DNA of 62,344 nt, filler included. It is 9 parts of 9 records of this genome, joined end to end, with 100 filler letters (N's around TTAATTAATTAA, not from the genome) between each part and the next. Parts side by side here need not be neighbours in the genome. Positions count along the whole stretch, not along the records: positions 42,676 to 46,534 come from SRR7504441_1296; positions 46,635 to 50,157 come from SRR7504441_1301; positions 50,258 to 55,904 come from SRR7504441_1302; 6 more parts are not named here. One strand, written 5' to 3'. Shown piece after piece: positions 44,556 to 55,423 of the stretch. Position numbers and translations under genes: made by a program. The first letter of the stretch is position 1. The number at the start of each line of letters is the position of its first letter. The notes below the pieces were generated by a model. The model was not told the DNA's origin, did not search any database, and saw only the letters and a list, made by a program, of their open reading frames with translations.

Positions 44556-45815
44556 CTAGTCGCCGTCCAGGCCCTCGGCAGCTGGGGCCACAATGAGAAG
44601 CACTTGCTCGTGCCGGTCAAACTTTGCACTCACCTGCTGTGGATCCGTCGCGCACCCCAGCGGCACCGTGGCCAGCAGCTCGCCCGTCTGCGCATGGCTT
44701 ATCGTTAGCTCATTCGGCTGCGACGCCTCCAACTCGAGGTCGCTCGCTGCTATCCCGCACCCGGCCAGCGCCACACGCACGCTGGTGGCCCCGTTCTCCC
44801 CCGCGCTCACCTCATACTGGAGCCGCTTCTCGTCGGTGTCGGCCTGGTTCCAGTCGCCCTGGGCTCGCACAGTCGCCTGAGTGCCAAACTCCTGCTCGAA
44901 TCCAGCAATTTCCTTCTCTATCCGGGCTCTATCGCCGTCAGCCATGTCGGCGGACACGGCATTGGCCCGGGCCCGTTCCTTCTCCTCGTGGTCAAAGTAC
45001 CAGACCGTCACCGAGTGCCTGTCTCGGTATGCTGGCAGCACCTCGTGTGGCACCCTCCGGTCTGCCCAGAATAAGATCACCCGACCCTCCAACGGATCCA
45101 CGTCCGTCAGCACCGGACTGTCGTCCTGCCCAGCCGGTGCCGGTGCGTACAGCCGGAGCTGCCCGCCATGATCCTGCTGCCAGTCCTTGTTCAGGTAGAG
45201 GATCGCAGTCAGCCTCCGGCCATTGCACTTATCGCCTTCCCCGATGTTGCAGCTGTTGTCGGTGTGCTTAACGTACCGGGCGCCGTCGCCGGGGTACAGC
45301 GCGCACATGGCCTGGGACCGGTTGGCGATCTGGCCCAGCTGGGTCTCGAGTTCGCCCACCTCGCTCACCAGCGTATCGATCTTGGTCAAATAGCTGCCGA
45401 GCTCGGCCATCCCGGGGTCCTTACCCTCGAACCAGCCGACGTAGTCTCCCCGCACCTGGCTCATCGAGTAGCTCAGGTTCTCCCCGGTCACCCCCCCGGC
45501 CAGCGCCCCCTGCCGCATCCGGCCCGCACCGAACGCCTCCTTCAGACTCTCCCGGATACCTCGGCAGGCGCTCGGGCCGAGAAACTGGTCAAGAAGCACG
45601 TAGTTGGCCCGGTTGAGCTCGGCTCGCACCGCGGCCACTACGGGGTCCATGATGAACCACCTGGGCCGGGTCGGGCCGCCGAGCCCGGGGGCGCACCACT
45701 CGGCCTTGCCCAGGGCAACGAACTCGGTCCTGAGTGCGTCCAGCAACGGCTTCCCCTCCAGTCGGCCAGCCGGCTTGGCCTTCTTCTGCTTCTTCAGCCG
45801 GGCGGCCTTCCCCAT
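44556..45815 (-). CDS. EGLN/PHD-type 2OG-Fe(II) prolyl 4-hydroxylase with a C-terminal CS/PIH1-like beta domain
   Basis: RGDYVGW, AMCALYPG..YVKHTDN, GRRLTAILYLN, GGQLRL and FWADRRVPHEVLP..R..TVWYFD. The tail has VSAKFDRHEQVLLI. Confidence 0.88.
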   Translation of the reverse strand: MGKAARLKKQKKAKPAGRLEGKPLLDALRTEFVALGKAEWCAPGLGGPTRPRWFIMDPVVAAVRAELNRANYVLLDQFLGPSACRGIRESLKEAFGAGRMRQGALAGGVTGENLSYSMSQVRGDYVGWFEGKDPGMAELGSYLTKIDTLVSEVGELETQLGQIANRSQAMCALYPGDGARYVKHTDNSCNIGEGDKCNGRRLTAILYLNKDWQQDHGGQLRLYAPAPAGQDDSPVLTDVDPLEGRVILFWADRRVPHEVLPAYRDRHSVTVWYFDHEEKERARANAVSADMADGDRARIEKEIAGFEQEFGTQATVRAQGDWNQADTDEKRLQYEVSAGENGATSVRVALAGCGIAASDLELEASQPNELTISHAQTGELLATVPLGCATDPQQVSAKFDRHEQVLLIVAPAAEGLDGD

Positions 45816-46111
45816 GGCAGCCCGTCTGCGCCGCCACTCCTCGGAGGCACCCTTGCGGCTCTCTCCGCTTCTAATTCGCACTTAGTAACGGACAAATCGA
45901 GCCTGCTTGCTTGTCTCTTCAGGAGCGTTTGTTTGAGGCGTCGACGTGACGTGGAAGGCGGGACGCGCCATATGCATTTATATCGTCAATACTCGTTTTT
46001 AGTCCGGATTTGTATCGTCAGTGACTACGCACCCATTCTATTCCTCGTATGCGCACTTGTAAAAATACGCGCATTGCAGCAAGCTCCCTTCCCCGCGGCC
46101 AGAATCGCCGA

Positions 46112-46534
46112 TTACAGCTGGGCTAGCACCTGCCGACGGTCGCCCAGTAGCGAACCCTGGCGGCACCTTCTCAGCTTGCGATAGCGTGCTGATTGCGTGG
46201 TCGAGCTCCTTGCGGGACATTTCTAACCTAACTTGCTGCTCCTTCCCGTCCGCGCCCTCCATGCTCAGGTTGAGCAGCAGCCGCGGCTCACGCATCGAGC
46301 CCATCCGGTTGCTCGCTAGCATCAGCTGCCCCCGGGCTCGCCCCCCTCTTCCCCTCAGTGCCTCACATTCAGTTTCCAGTCGAGATCCACCAACCTCGCC
46401 GGCGTCACTCCCGCCGCCGCCTCGGCCGCCGCCAGCTCCAAATCTGGCCGCCGGGCCGAGTACACCTGCGGTCGCTCAGGGTTGTCATCCCGGACGGGCA
46501 CCTGCTGGGCTAACTCGCGGTACGGCTCCGGGAC
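46112..46534 (-). CDS. COMMD8: COMM-domain protein, COMMD8-like (5' partial)
   Basis: Spliced LVDLDWKLN|LMLASNRM..PRLLLNL..EMSRKELDHAISTLSQAEK|VLAQL*. Confidence 0.7.
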
Positions 46535-46634
46535 NNNNNNNNNNNNNNNNNNNNNNNNNNNNNNNNNNNNNNNNNNNNTTAATTAATTAANNNNNNNNNN
46601 NNNNNNNNNNNNNNNNNNNNNNNNNNNNNNNNNN
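46535..46634. other. Artificial contig linker
   Basis: N-run with TTAATTAATTAA. Confidence 0.98.
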
Positions 46635-48821
46635 GCATCAGTGCGCGAGGGGGTGCTCTTCGGGGCTGCAGTGCAGGACTTTGCTGCCGACGAGTTAGAA
46701 AGAAAGGAGATGGGCGAAGCGGGGCTGGCATCGATGAGGGATGCCGTGCTGACCGGAGCGGGTGTGCAAGGGTACGCTGCTAAGCTTCTAGCACAGAATG
46801 CTGGACTCTCCATCTCGGAAAGAGTGGATCGGATGCCGGACACAGAAGTCGTCTCGGAGTTTGCTGAGCTGGATGTAGTCAAGAAGATGCCGCTAAATGC
46901 TATCAATGCCCTGTCTGTGGACCAAATGCGTAAGTTGCTTGTCTCAGCCAAACAGATCGAGGAGAATGAAAGGAGGGATCGGGTTGAGAAGCATTACACA
47001 GAGTTAAGGCAGCGCGTGCTGACAGACAATACGGGGATGAGGGGTTCTAGCAAAATGCAAGCGCAAACGAAGCAGCAGGTAGCCGGGCAGCTCCGTCGGC
47101 TGTCGGGTCACGTCAAGCGGAAGAACTTCATCCAGCCGCACATTTATGACATGTTTGATCGAAATCATCCGTTTTCACGTGACCCACAAGTCATCAAGGC
47201 ACTGGAGGTTACAACAAAGTTCGCCCGGTTATGGAAGATGAATCGCTCCATCAAGAAGATGATGAGGGACGATGACGTCGAGGATTTCAGAGATCGGATG
47301 CTTAACTTTGCTAGTGTCAAGCAGGAGTTGATACTCAAGTCCGAGCAGAACTACGAAGGTCTGCGAGATTTCAGGTATAGATACATCATACCGTTAGAAA
47401 AATGGTTCCAGCAGTGGGAACGCGGCCCGGAGGACCCACGAGGGCACTACTATGATCTCTTCCGGCGGGTCTACACATTCACTGCGCGTGTGGAGCGCGA
47501 CTCGGTACAGCTGAAGCTGCACTTCGAGACCAACGTTCGTGAGGGCAAGAAGAGCACCGGCGTTTTCTTGAAAATCGCCGACTCGATCAATCCGCTCTTG
47601 TCAGGTTTCGTTAACCGGCTGAGAATGTTGAAAGATTTCCTCCGTGTCTGCGAGAAACGATCCGAAGACTTTGCAAGAGACTGGAAACAGATGCACGGCA
47701 CTGGCATGTCGTTCGACGCCCTGTCGCTCCTGCCGTTCCGAAGTGCGGTGAATTACAGCACGCTGCTCAGTCAAATGTTGGCCCTCATGCCGACCGTGCA
47801 TCCATGGTACCAGGGGCACCAACAAGCCTTGATCAAGCTCAACGAGGAGCTCCAGATCTGCGACCGACTGTCGTCCGAGTTTAGGGAGCTGAGTCTACTG
47901 TACAAGCTAATCTTGGACCCTCCTGAGTTCTACCCTAGCGAGGGCCGATGGATGCTGCTTCAAACTGATAGGGCCGTGCTCGAGACCACGGCCTGGCGCG
48001 CTGAGGGCCCGGCAGACCACCGGATTTGGGTGTTAAGTGACTTGGTGCTGCTATGCGAGCGAGAGCCGAGCTTGGAGACCAAGATCAAGATGATGAGCGA
48101 AGAGGAGGTCGAGGTCGAGTTCCAGGCTGTGGCCAAAGTGTTGTGCATTTCGCCCGAGATTGAGGCCACCCTGCAGATCAAGCAGAAGCGGATGTTGCTG
48201 CAGACGCACATCGAACTGACGCAGGTGGGCAACAAGACAACACGCAGGTGGGTGGTCAAACTGAGCGTCCCGATAAACCAGCTGAGCGCACTATACGACC
48301 CTGAGTCAAAATCTGTCCGGATCTCTCTACAGGACGGCAGGCATCAGCTGCTATTTAGGCCGAAGGGCAGCGATTCCGAGCAGCAAGCCGAGGCTGCGCA
48401 GCAGATCGAGGGGGCGATCGGCCATCCAGACGCGTTTGGCAGCTCAGTGGGTCACAGTGCAGATCGGCTCGAAGAGGAGACCGCAGAGCTGGAGCAGTTT
48501 GAGAACACGCTGCTTGAAGATACGTCGGTCTTGAGGGAGACGGTATCCATGAGCTTTCGAGAGTCATTTATATCTGATACAACGCTAAGTCCAAGCAACT
48601 CGTTTCACAACGATACGGTGGTTCGTCCTGAGGGAGCGACAAGTCCACCCCCCCGAGTTGTCAGCGGAAGCCCGAGCACAGCACCTAGTCTGAGTCGGAG
48701 CGGCTGCTTTCATGAGGAGCGGGTTAAGCGCAGGGTGAGCACTCTGCAGGCTATAGACGAATTCGATGTGGATTCACCAAAGTCTGAAACGAACTTAGAT
48801 CGTAGAGTGGCCACTCTATAG
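46635..48821 (+). CDS. Divergent DH-PH (RhoGEF-like) protein (5' partial)
   Basis: ELILKSEQNYEGL, FDALSLLPFR..Y..LL..M...P..HP and PH-like RIWVLSDLVLLC in a 726-aa open frame. Confidence 0.6.
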   Translation, partial: ASVREGVLFGAAVQDFAADELERKEMGEAGLASMRDAVLTGAGVQGYAAKLLAQNAGLSISERVDRMPDTEVVSEFAELDVVKKMPLNAINALSVDQMRKLLVSAKQIEENERRDRVEKHYTELRQRVLTDNTGMRGSSKMQAQTKQQVAGQLRRLSGHVKRKNFIQPHIYDMFDRNHPFSRDPQVIKALEVTTKFARLWKMNRSIKKMMRDDDVEDFRDRMLNFASVKQELILKSEQNYEGLRDFRYRYIIPLEKWFQQWERGPEDPRGHYYDLFRRVYTFTARVERDSVQLKLHFETNVREGKKSTGVFLKIADSINPLLSGFVNRLRMLKDFLRVCEKRSEDFARDWKQMHGTGMSFDALSLLPFRSAVNYSTLLSQMLALMPTVHPWYQGHQQALIKLNEELQICDRLSSEFRELSLLYKLILDPPEFYPSEGRWMLLQTDRAVLETTAWRAEGPADHRIWVLSDLVLLCEREPSLETKIKMMSEEEVEVEFQAVAKVLCISPEIEATLQIKQKRMLLQTHIELTQVGNKTTRRWVVKLSVPINQLSALYDPESKSVRISLQDGRHQLLFRPKGSDSEQQAEAAQQIEGAIGHPDAFGSSVGHSADRLEEETAELEQFENTLLEDTSVLRETVSMSFRESFISDTTLSPSNSFHNDTVVRPEGATSPPPRVVSGSPSTAPSLSRSGCFHEERVKRRVSTLQAIDEFDVDSPKSETNLDRRVATL

Positions 48822-49167
48822 CCACCCGCATGAGCCTGTTCGGGTCATGTACGGGTTCCATAGACTGGCCACTCTCTGATACCACTCCATCACCACTCTG
48901 TGATTTGAGATGAGTTCGGTTCAGACTACAATTATGTATATCGTGAATATTGAACTTAGCGTCCTATCAGATATAAAACGACCCTCAAAAGCTTGTACAT
49001 GTACATGCAAACCTATGCGACGTGATTAATAATTTTTTTGTTTGACTCGGGAACAGCTTTGTGATTTATTATTGTACATAATGTAGTCATACACATTGTC
49101 AATCATGACTAATTTGATGACTCGAAGGCTCTCTGTCCTCCTTGCTATCCCCTTGCGCTCCTCGGAG

Positions 49168-49515
49168 TCAACAAGCAGAGACGCAATACACTTGCAGCTG
49201 GTTGGCAACGCTGTGGTACCACAGTGATCGAGCGCCACCATTCGCCCAGTATGAGCACGCGCCGACAGCGGCTCCGTTCGCGTTCATCGAAGACATGAGC
49301 GGGATTGCAGATTGGTTGTCCGAGCCTCCGAGGTACATGGTATTAGTCTGAGTGTCGTACATATCAATGTCACGGGTCGCATCGGGAAACTTTCCCCCCA
49401 TCCCAGGCCCAAAAAAGATGAAACGGTCCTGAACAACCGCGCTGGTGAGGAAATAGCGGTGGGCCCCAATGCTCGAGGCGTTGATAGCCATTGCCTTCTT
49501 GTTGGTATCGTACAC
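49168..49515 (-). CDS. Kelch-repeat protein, 3' fragment
   Basis: YDT..HRYFLTSAVVQDRFIFFGPG..IDMYDT. The exon is preceded by a CAG acceptor but has no upstream exon. Confidence 0.5.
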   Translation of the reverse strand: MYDTNKKAMAINASSIGAHRYFLTSAVVQDRFIFFGPGMGGKFPDATRDIDMYDTQTNTMYLGGSDNQSAIPLMSSMNANGAAVGACSYWANGGARSLWYHSVANQLQVYCVSAC

Positions 49516-49540
49516 CTGCGCCCCTGGCTCAGCCCCCGGA

Positions 49541-49796
49541 CGGGTCGCTGTACTATGCGGAGCAGGTGGCTCAGCTTAAGGCGATCAGCCTGCTGTCGCA
49601 GCTCTCGCTGGGAGTTGTCGATACTGTGAGGAGGCTGTGGATTGTTGTGGTGTCCGGGTTTGTACTGCAAGGCAACCCGGTGACGTACCGGGCGGTGTGC
49701 GGGGCGGCGGCGGTGTGTGGCGGTGCAATGGCTTACGCCTACAGCAGCACAGTCTTTGAGGCAAAAACAAAGCACAAAAAGATAGCTAACAAGTGA
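49541..49796 (+). CDS. Triose-phosphate/nucleotide-sugar transporter family, C-terminal fragment
   Basis: ISLLSQLSLGVVDTVRRLWIVVVS..GNPVT...G.A....G...YAY matches the last three helices of the family. Confidence 0.65.
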
Positions 49797-50157
49797 CAAC
49801 TCCTACGATTGATGTATCAACACAAGTTACATACAAGCCATGTAGATTGTAGCTTGTATTAATGGTCCGTTGGTTCGTTGATAAACGTCTATATACCCGT
49901 GCCGCCTTTTTCAATTAATAACGACGATAAAATAGAGATTAATAACGACAAAAAATAAACAATGATAAAAGGCAATTACACGTCGCACTATTTAGCCCGG
50001 GCATCCAGCCCAAGCACAAACCGATACGGCCGGTTGGCCACTGCCGCTCCGACTTGCCCTTGCTCCGGGCACCAGACTGTCTGACTTTCTTTGATGTACA
50101 GATAACCGTGCTGTCCGTTCACAGGACCAACTACTGCATGTTTGGGTGGCCGCTGTT

Positions 50158-50257
50158 NNNNNNNNNNNNNNNNNNNNNNNNNNNNNNNNNNNNNNNNNNN
50201 NTTAATTAATTAANNNNNNNNNNNNNNNNNNNNNNNNNNNNNNNNNNNNNNNNNNNN
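50158..50257. other. Artificial contig linker
   Basis: N-run with TTAATTAATTAA. Confidence 0.98.
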
Positions 50258-50269
50258 TACTGTCTAGCC

Positions 50270-50760
50270 CTAGAAACCCATCCACACTGTTTTGCACACT
50301 GTTTTGGTTTTGCCTGCATCTGCTTCTTCGTCTGCCTTCTTTAGATCACTGCTAGCAGCGGCGGCGGCCTTGACTTTTGCAGGAGTTGGAAGAGGATTCT
50401 GCCCCCAGTTGGTCTTAGCCCTTTCTTCTGCTTCAATTCTCTGAGCACCGGCAATCTTTGCCTTCTCTTCCGCAAGCTTCCGCTCCAGAGTGGCTCGCCT
50501 TGTCTCGCTCTCCTTCTCGATGTTGTTGATTTTGGTCTTCGCAGAATCCTGCTGCTTCTCGATTTGAGCCTCGAGCGTCTTCTGCTTGGCCTTCTCAAGA
50601 GCGATTTGGCCGTCTGTCTTCTTTATGTCGGAGTCCTGGGAGCCCTTCTTCTTGTTCTCCTCCTGCTTCTCCTTCATAGCCTTCGCGACGTTCTTCTTTA
50701 CCGCACCAAACACGGCTTCGACCGACTTGGCGCCAGCAATGTCCAGAGAAGCTGACAGGA
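50270..50760 (-). CDS. Lys/Ala/Glu-rich coiled-coil hypothetical protein (start unresolved)
   Basis: Open frame of about 150 aa with coding-like composition. Confidence 0.45.
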
Positions 50761-50980
50761 ACAGACAAGAAGCTCACCCTCGAAGCAGCGGATGCTAGCA
50801 AGGGACTCAAAAACCCTTTGAGTAAGAAAGCACTCGAGAAGGTCGTGACTGCTCGCGCAACTGTAAGCTTGCGGCTGATTGCTAATTGACCTAGGCAACT
50901 ATTAACAACACGATTAGATCATTGATTACATGTCATTAAAGTTCTAATAACCGATCATCCTTTATTGTACAATCCATGGT

Positions 50981-52260
50981 CTAAAGCTCTAAAACGAGGC
51001 AATTCAAGTCACGCATTGGCACTGGAATGCCCATTGATATGACTCTTTGGAAGGCATCGTCGGGGAGACTGGCTAGCTTGTGCAGCGTTGGGTCGGCGAG
51101 CTGTATTGGGTCGCCCACGGCATTTTCTGGCATCGGTCCGTCCTTCCAGCACCTCCTCAGGTAATCCTTCCGGCACAGGATCCACGCCAACCGCGACTTG
51201 TTGCGTCGGACTTTCGCTCTCAGCGCCTTCTGCTGCGCCGTTCGTTTGTGCCGATTGATCTCGAGCTCGTCTCTGATACAGTCCATGGCCTCCGTCGAAG
51301 CCCTGACCACCCGCAGTCAGCCTGACAGCACCCGAGCCTTGCTTACATGGGCGGCGCACGCCAGCACCGGGCTTTGGCGAAGTCTTTCTTCAGCTCTGGA
51401 TGAAAGTCTACAACTTGCCGCCACCGGGCCTGGTCCTCCAAATTGCCCTGTAGATGGACGGTCTGCAGGCAGGTGTTGTCGCCCAGGCTGGCAGCCAGCG
51501 CCGACACCCCGAGGCTGCCTACCTTGTTATTCTGCAGCTCGACCTTCCGCAGCACCCGGTTCACCTGCAAAGCGTCCGCCAGCGCATACAGCCCGTCGTC
51601 AGTGATACGGTTCCCAGCCAGACCCAGTGCACTCAGCCCGCTGTGCCGCTCGACTGCTGCAGACAGGGCCGCCAGGCCCTGATCTCCGATCTGACATTTG
51701 CCGAGATACAGCTCCGCTAGGATCGGGGAGCATCTGAGCAGCCGGGCGAGGCTGGCGGCCCCCGGGTCTGCAAGCAGCGTGTGGTTGAGCTGGAGTTCCC
51801 GGATCTGCTGACAACGATTGCCGGAGAGCCCGCGCGCCACTGAGCCAAGGCCGTCGTGCCCGAGCTTGTTGTGGCTGAGGTTTAACCGGACCAGCCGGCC
51901 GTCCCGCTGCAGGGCCTCCGCGATCGGGCCGACCGTATCCGCGGTCAGTCCCAGCTTGGACACTTGCAGCGAGTGCAGCTGACCGCCGCCAAGCGCACGG
52001 GCGGCCGCACGGGCTGCCTCCTCGGGGCTGGCGGGGACGGCTTTGCGTAGGGTGTCGGTGAAGGTGTCGCCGTCCCAGCCGCCCACGTTACAGCGAACAT
52101 CACCGTCAGCATGCAATTCGAGCTCTGTGGCGCCGTCGGCCAGGGCCGAGTCCACAGCCTCGGCCATTGACGGGCAGACCCAGTGAACCGCCAGCGGATT
52201 GCCCGGCGCGTTAACAGCGCCCTCGAACGGCACCAGTTGGGCGCCCGCCGCTGACTCCAT
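50981..52260 (-). CDS. RNI-like leucine-rich repeat protein (two exons)
   Basis: 28-residue LRRs such as LVRLNLSHNKLGHDG, LYLGKCQIGDQG and LGLAGNRITDDG. One GT-AG intron near 51304-51368. Confidence 0.85.
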
Positions 52261-52440
52261 CCAGCCCTACTCGAACGCAAAGCCCAGCCCCCGACTCGGA
52301 GCGCGATGTACGAGTTGGTGCTGGCGTGGGTCGGGCAACCCCGCTGTGAACCAGGCACCCAGCTCAGCTGCAGCGCACAACGAAATCAGCTCTTGGCGTG
52401 GCTTGAGGCGCCGTGGGCTTGAGGCGCACCTCCGCTCAAG

Positions 52441-53916
52441 ATGGCCGCGGTCGTGGAGACCGGGGGGCGGAATTGCATGAGGTCATCGAAGGAGGAGGTG
52501 GCGCCGTTGCAGGCCCAGCCCGGGCCCTCCGAGCCGCCAATCGGCGCCTTGCCCCAGCGGCGGCAACACGCGCTCTGGGCAATGGCCGCATACGGCGCGG
52601 TGGGGTTCGTGCTCTGCCTGATGATCGCGGGAGCATGGAAGGCCAACAGGCCGGATCTGGACGAGCAGCACCAGGGCGCCCCCGAGACTTCGCTGGCGTT
52701 CAACCTTGGGAATACCAAAGTCGCCGGGTACACTTGCGGCGAAGTGCGTGTCATGCCCTGCAGCCACGTGGGCGGCCAGTGCAAGCCGGGCGAGTACTTT
52801 GGCCAGAAATGCGTATGCGACCCGGCGTTTGCCAAGCGGTCACCGTACTGCGACTGGGGCCCTATACCCTCCAGCTTCACCGCAGGCTCAAACGAACAAC
52901 TGGCCAGGCTCCTGCTGGCGTACGACGCGAGCAACGCGGTCTACCAGACCGACGGGACGGACTGGATCATCGCGGACGGGAGCTGGGCCTCCAAGACTTG
53001 GGACCATTTCTTTGTGAATGACATGAACGGAGACAAGAAAGCGGCTTGGTGGCAAGCTTGTGCTGGGCTGCAGCAGAGTTACTCAAAATTCGATCTCTAC
53101 AAGTCTACTGCCCGTGAGAGTGCCACATTCGTGGCGGTAGGCAAGCTCAATCCTTCGAGCTCGCCGAGCGGCCGGGCTGAGCTGGTGGTGGCATTCGGGG
53201 GCACGTTCAGTGCCTCGACCGCAATTGGGCAGTTTGAGCAAGTGCTTACAGACATCGACATCCCCACCTTTGATCTCTCGTGGAACAACACCAAGTACGG
53301 GTACGTCCACCGCGGCTTCTGGGAAGCGGTGGAGCCTGTGCTCGAGCCACTGACTCAGCTGGTCGAGTACGAGACCAAGGACGACCCAACAATGACAGTC
53401 ACTGTGACAGGGCACAGCCTGGGAGCAGCGCTGGGGGTGCTCTTCGCTGCGGTGCTTGTGGCCGAGAAGCCGTCGCTCGACATCCATCTCAACACGTTTG
53501 GCACGCCTCGGTCCGGGAGCCCTACATTCGCCAAGGTGCTAACAGAGACTAAGATTGACCAACTGCGCATAGTCAACCAGCTCGATCTGATCACCCAGGT
53601 GCCCACCTCAGCCGGCCTTGGTGAGGGCCTGCTGCACGTCGGTGAGCCGCCCGTTAGCTGGCACGCTGTGACGGTTGCTGTTGCAGGGCCTCAGCTCACC
53701 GTGGGGTTTGATAATGTCAGTTCCGAATGCACAAACTGGTTTATTGGCAGCCAGTGGTCGGCGCTGGTCGAGCTACCTGTCACGCTGTGGAGTGGTTGCC
53801 CCGAGGAGGCGGTCATGGACCATCTAGGCTACCAAGCCAACTTGTTGCCGTGGCTTGAGAGCCAGGGCTTGAAAAACGTCTCGCTCTCGTGCAAGGCTAA
53901 GAGCTACACCTTTTAG
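52441..53916 (+). CDS. Class 3 lipase with N-terminal TM anchor and Cys-rich segment
   Basis: VHRGFW, VTGHSLGAA, TFGTPRSG, RIVNQLDLITQVP and DHLGY. Confidence 0.92.
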   Translation: MAAVVETGGRNCMRSSKEEVAPLQAQPGPSEPPIGALPQRRQHALWAMAAYGAVGFVLCLMIAGAWKANRPDLDEQHQGAPETSLAFNLGNTKVAGYTCGEVRVMPCSHVGGQCKPGEYFGQKCVCDPAFAKRSPYCDWGPIPSSFTAGSNEQLARLLLAYDASNAVYQTDGTDWIIADGSWASKTWDHFFVNDMNGDKKAAWWQACAGLQQSYSKFDLYKSTARESATFVAVGKLNPSSSPSGRAELVVAFGGTFSASTAIGQFEQVLTDIDIPTFDLSWNNTKYGYVHRGFWEAVEPVLEPLTQLVEYETKDDPTMTVTVTGHSLGAALGVLFAAVLVAEKPSLDIHLNTFGTPRSGSPTFAKVLTETKIDQLRIVNQLDLITQVPTSAGLGEGLLHVGEPPVSWHAVTVAVAGPQLTVGFDNVSSECTNWFIGSQWSALVELPVTLWSGCPEEAVMDHLGYQANLLPWLESQGLKNVSLSCKAKSYTF

Positions 53917-54043
53917 AGCTGGGCACCAATGTCGTGTGCAAGTTGCTCAGTACCGACCCTATGTCATTTCATTGCATCTTAGTAATTATTTCAAGAATCC
54001 ATTTTTTTTCATTAATAAACAAACGTCAATATTGGTTCACATC

Positions 54044-55423
54044 TCATAACTTGGCTCTAACTGGTGGCGCCGGCCTCTCAACTGTCTCATCACCGTCATG
54101 ATCATCGTGTGAGTTAGCTCGCACTCGTGTAAACACGTGCTCCATAACTTGCGATCCGTGCGACCGATAGCTAGTCCTAGCCAGCGCGGCCACCGGCCCG
54201 TGCTCGTCGACCATCCTTATCCTCCCCCGTTTGTACAGCCCAAGCAAGACTTTATGACAGTTTTGCGCCGCCAGCCGGAGCTGGCCGGGGCTCATCTGGC
54301 CATAGAGCTGGTCTGCGGCCTGCCGTGCAGATAGCTCCGGCCAAGAGCTGCTGAGCAGCCTCCACACTTGCCGCTCCCGTTCTAGTCTGTGACTGGCGTA
54401 CCTCTCTAGTATCTGGGTAGCCCCCGAGCGGGCTGGTGGCCCATGCCCTGGCAGCAGCACGGACGGTTGCTCACGAATCAGCATCTCCAGCGTATCCATG
54501 TATTCCGCGTGGTCACCCACGAAAGACGTGCCATACCCCAAAACATGGTCTCCCGAAAACAAGGCTTGCTCCGTGTCCAACATGAAGCAGAAGTGGTCTG
54601 CCGAGTGCCCGGGCGCCCGGACGGCCCTCAGCTCGACGGACCCGTCGGGTGTGCCAATCGTCATCTGGTCTGTCAGCTCTACCCAGCGGATGCCGCCGGA
54701 TTCGAGCTGGTCCCAGAACAGCTTGGACTCCCACAGGAACCCGAACACCCACGGCAGTTCACGCAGCTGCTCCGGGGCGAGCCCAAGCTCGTCCTGCAGC
54801 CAGCCGACCGACCGCACCACTTGCTTCTGCTCGTCGGCGCGATCGCCCGCGTTCGCAAACAGCAGCTCGCCTTCGGCGTCAAAGAACAGCCCCAGCTGCC
54901 CGTGCGCCGCGATCGCCTCGACCAGCGCGAAGTTGCTCGCAGCCACCGCCGACTTGTACACCGGTATGTCGCTCCCATACCTTTGGAGCAGCCCCGGCAC
55001 CCCGCCGTAGTGGTCGTGATGCATGTGCGAAACGACAATACCGCACAGCCCGTCGCAGCCCACCGCTCGCATGCACTCGTCCAGGTTCTGGAGGAACTGC
55101 GGGTGCCCCATCCGCTTCTCGCCGGCGTCCAGTATGATCCTGCGTCGCCCGGACCCGATTAGGTAGCAGTTGGTTCCATTCAACGTGTACGGCCCGGCGT
55201 TGCCACCGAGCACGCAGCACACAGTCGGAGACAGCTCCTGCCAGGCGGGCTGGGCAGGCAGCTCGCCGAAGTCAAATCGCTCGGTCCCGGACGCGATTAT
55301 GTTCCGCCGCGGCTCCACCACCGCCTGCGCGGCGGCCGGCCAGCTGGCCAGTGCCCGGCGGTGGCGGCCGGGCGGGTGGCAGCAGCAGGTCGAGCAGCAC
55401 GCCGGCCACTCGAATCCCGGCAT
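54044..55423 (-). CDS. LACTB2: LACTB2-like metallo-beta-lactamase-fold hydrolase
   Basis: GGNAGPYTLNGTNCYLIGSGRRRIILDAG, SHMHHDHYGG, PGHSADH, FSGDHVLG, PGHG and HRLERE. Confidence 0.85.
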   Translation of the reverse strand: MPGFEWPACCSTCCCHPPGRHRRALASWPAAAQAVVEPRRNIIASGTERFDFGELPAQPAWQELSPTVCCVLGGNAGPYTLNGTNCYLIGSGRRRIILDAGEKRMGHPQFLQNLDECMRAVGCDGLCGIVVSHMHHDHYGGVPGLLQRYGSDIPVYKSAVAASNFALVEAIAAHGQLGLFFDAEGELLFANAGDRADEQKQVVRSVGWLQDELGLAPEQLRELPWVFGFLWESKLFWDQLESGGIRWVELTDQMTIGTPDGSVELRAVRAPGHSADHFCFMLDTEQALFSGDHVLGYGTSFVGDHAEYMDTLEMLIREQPSVLLPGHGPPARSGATQILERYASHRLERERQVWRLLSSSWPELSARQAADQLYGQMSPGQLRLAAQNCHKVLLGLYKRGRIRMVDEHGPVAALARTSYRSHGSQVMEHVFTRVRANSHDDHDGDETVERPAPPVRAKL

